A stretch of 64,000 nt of DNA from Lytechinus pictus. Taxonomy: Eukaryota. The notes under the pieces were generated by a model. That model searched no databases, had not been told where the DNA came from, and saw only the letters and a list, made by a program, of their open reading frames with translations. Both the position numbers and the translations under genes were made by a program. The stretch is taken from contig NC_087246.1 of assembly GCF_037042905.1 (NCBI RefSeq), forward strand, positions 53,692,001-53,756,000, in the 5' to 3' direction. Below are positions 60,630 to 64,000 of this stretch, piece after piece. Positions within the stretch are counted from its first letter, which is position 1, and each line of letters opens with the position of its first letter.

Positions 60630-61240
60630 TCCTTTTCTATTTGTTACATGCCCAGTCGCATGAAGAACAAGCGAGACTCATTTATTTTGAGAAGATAAAA
60701 TTGATAGTTTGCCAAGTAATTTCATGCCAATACGATGATTTTGACAACTTCCCAATTCAAAACTATATAGGATTACAATATGACTGATCGATCATCATGT
60801 TGATATTTCTTCTTGTTCATGTGAATGAATGCTAAAACAACCAGCGAAACTCAAATATTGTCTCAAAATAAAGTTAAAGATGTTGGAACTATCAAGGAAT
60901 ACAAATTCTCGATAATCAAACTATTTCTTCTGCTCTAAACAAGAGGCATAACTCAAATTTAATTGAAAGAGATAAGTAATAATTGTAAAATATAGATGCA
61001 ATTACTGGTAATATGTTTTCAACTTATTAATTTAAAACTGTCATTGAATATATTTACAAATGATCAATAATTACACTATCATTTCTTCTTTTCATGTGAG
61101 AGAACAGGAGCCACAAGTGAAACTCAAATATTCTAGAAAGACAAAGTTGATACATTTTGCAACATAAAATACATGTATGAATATGTTTATTTTACTCTTA
61201 CAACTTTCTGGGTCAAACTATCAAGGAATATGAAACCAAA
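60630..61240. repeat. Old degenerate tandem duplication (3 partial units)
   Basis: TTTCTTCTTGTTCATGTGA...GAAACTCAAATATT...AAAGTT-like blocks recur at ~60633, ~60807 and ~61082. AACTATCAAGGAATA occurs twice. Confidence 0.6.
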
Positions 61241-63120
61241 AACATTGTTACACACAAAGGCACTATCACTCACCACAGGAGCGTCCTGATTTTAACTAAC
61301 AATTCCCCTTTGAAAAGCAAATATTGCCCTTAAAAATGCAGAATACGCAACATATTTCCAGAGCATGTAGAAGCTTACCTCAGATTTAAAAGTGGAATCA
61401 CCAAAAAATGGGCTAGAAACAAAGAAATCAGTGGTTTTGTTCAGAGGTTGCAAATGTTCTTGCAAATTTAGGGCTATATCTACCAAATGACAATTCAAAA
61501 ACCAATACACTATTTGTTAAAGAGTAGGGTGTTAAGCCAGTGTATTGCACATGACGGTCCAGGCAGAAATCTTCAGGTCAAGTCAATCTTGACATTCAAC
61601 TGCCATAATAATTACATGTAATGATTGTGGGAATTTGCACAGAAGTAAAATCAACAGCATGCTAGTGGTTTGCCTTCATTCAACAGGGAGTCTGAGCGCA
61701 ATGCGGGACAATGACAGCTGCAACTTGCAACTTCCAGGTTGCGTATCATGTAGATATAGGTTGAAAATGAACATTGCAATTAAAAGTAGGCAAAACGATT
61801 AGTGCAATTTCATTTTCTGTAAAGATACATGTAGTTTAGAATAATAATCATGTAGAAAAGGCAAAAGCTAAACATGTTGAATCTTGGGCTTAGGCTGGTT
61901 GCTCAACAATGGTACTCATACTTAATTTTGGGGAACATAAAAAACCTTCATTTTATTATAACATGGTTTGCTTCATATGCATGTAGAGCAAACTCCCAAA
62001 ATATTGGAGGAAAATTACTTCAACTCCCTCTCCACAACTACAGGGAGCGGAAAGAGGTCTGTTTGGTAAGTAAATAATTATTATTTGCCGATTTCTATAT
62101 CAAAATTATTGACAGTAATTATTAAAGTCAGCATTTGCGCAGCTGAAATAAGTTATTTTCTCAACAATCAAGCAATTATTTTAGGGTTTAGAGCACGATT
62201 CAAATTGCTGAAATTGATCACGGCGCACAACTCTACGCATCCGATATTTGGAAATGCATCTGATTTTTATCAAAAAACAAGCTTCTGGTAGTATAAGTAA
62301 GTAAATATTTTGCCATATTCATTTCAATTTTATTTTTTTATGACATTAATATTCAACATCTACACATGATTTTTATTTGATTCAATTATTGTATTTTTGT
62401 TTTGGTCCAATTATGCTAAGTGTCCGATTTTTGGGCACTTTACTCTACATGTAGCTATATGTCTATGATCGGAATACGACTGGATTCCAACCAGCGTGAC
62501 ATGCATCACCCACAGCACAGGATTCTCAACAACAAAATTCTGACACTGACAGGCATGGACAGGACACATGCTTAGACCAGACTTTGTATTCTAAGCATCT
62601 GCGTGCTTGCCTCTTGGCTTTTGAATAAAAACATATAAAATCATGATGAAATATGGCCTATGGCAAATATTTTTTTAAGTCCAACACTAACAGGCAACAA
62701 CAACCACAGTGGCAAATTGTATAGAACGGATAGCAGAGCTTTCAACGCTAGCGGGCTTGTACATTTTGCTTATTACATGACATCATCCAGCCACTGCCGG
62801 GGGGCAATTTATGAATGAAAATACATGTATAGTAAGCATATGCAGTGCAAGCCTTCCATTGCCCCACACAGTATTCCATCAAAACAAGTGTGCAATTCTC
62901 TATCACCTCGTACCAAAATCGACCTAGAATTTCAGTTTCCTATATTCTATATGAATTATGAAAGGTATTCTTGGAGGATCTATTTTCTCACCGATACCGC
63001 ACAGGTACCGTAAGCAAATTTTGATTACTTATTTGGCTTATTATTGCTTTTCCATCAAAATCTTAATTAGCGTCGATATGGCATCGTGTTCGTTGGAGTT
63101 TGTAGAGTCTATCGCAACGT

Positions 63121-63565
63121 CAGTAGAGGCGCACGGCCAATATGGGAGACTCTCCAATAGGGGAGACAATCTCCCACATTGGAGACTTGCTTTGCAAAAG
63201 GACAAAAGAAACAACACCAACAAAAGCATGATTTTTTCCACCCAAAATTTTGTCTCACTGAGGTCAGAAGCCCATTTGTTTTGTGTGTGATTAACAACAA
63301 AAATGCTTATCAAAACAAAAGTAGACGGTGAATTTTTAAAGTAGACGGTGAAAAGGGGTAATTTTTCATGAGGAATCTGCTTATCACATTTTTATTTGCC
63401 GCAAAGGTAATCCTTTAGCAGCAAATGTAAACAAAGGAAATTGGTCTCCAAAACTGGAGACTGTCTCTGAAATTGGATACCCAAATTCTTTACAAAAGTC
63501 TCTGATATTGGAGATAATCTCCCACATTGGAGACAGTCTCCAATATTGGCCGTGCGCCTCTAATG
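63121..63565. mobile_element. TIR element with 5-bp TSD AACGT
   Basis: TIRs CAGTAGAGGCGCACGGCCAATATGGGAGACT / AGTCTCCAATATTGGCCGTGCGCCTCTAATG. AACGT at 63116-63120 and 63566-63570. Repeated GGAGAC/TCTCC subterminal motifs. Confidence 0.88.
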
Positions 63566-64000
63566 AACGTGCACAAAGTCAATTGATTTCCGGGTTTCGG
63601 AGCGTCGCGTGAATATGCATGAAATTTCAGTCTCCATAATTTTTGATCGATACTGGAGCGATCCCAGGCATTACGAACCAAGACCATTTCCCGTGTAGAC
63701 AATAATGACCGGATATCGTTAATCGTTATCGATACTTTCGCATGCACTGATGCAGTCCGAAGGAATTATTTTGGCGACCACTTACTTAGTCACACTCCTA
63801 GTACCAATGAGGTCCAACATTACATGTATGGACCTCATAGGCGACATCAGTAGTATTTTTGGTTAGAAATCTCTGAGAACAGGATATTTATATATTATAT
63901 CACAAGTACAAGCTATATTCCTTTCTCTTATTTAAATTATAATTTTATAGTGTAAATGCATCGTTAGCAACAACAAAAAATGAAAGAAATGAAGGGGAAC

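Overview
AT-rich eukaryotic (metazoan) genomic DNA. The tRNA-derived SINE, MITE and intron landscape looks like an echinoderm such as a sea urchin (inference, not provable from sequence alone). One protein-coding gene is well supported: a minus-strand mRNA cap guanine-N7 methyltransferase (RNMT). Its nine coding exons (58999 down to 50001) splice in frame through GT-AG introns to give at least 470 aa, with acidic N- and C-terminal extensions. It probably has an intron in the 3' UTR and a CpG-rich promoter region at ~59.7-60.4 kb; the start exon is unresolved. The left ~44 kb has no recognisable coding exon: it is non-coding DNA with GC-richer enhancer- or promoter-like islands and many repeats. 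Mobile DNA is abundant and often nested: SINEs with shuffled heads and tails, hAT-, Harbinger-, Kolobok-, piggyBac- and CACTA-like non-autonomous elements, a probable P-element excision footprint, a TIR element with a 5-bp TSD, and a degenerate Penelope-type hammerhead motif. Most ORFs in the supplied track are spurious. No CRISPR array, rRNA, bona fide tRNA gene or intact transposase was seen, and I cannot claim a wholly new biological system; the best leads are listed as findings.
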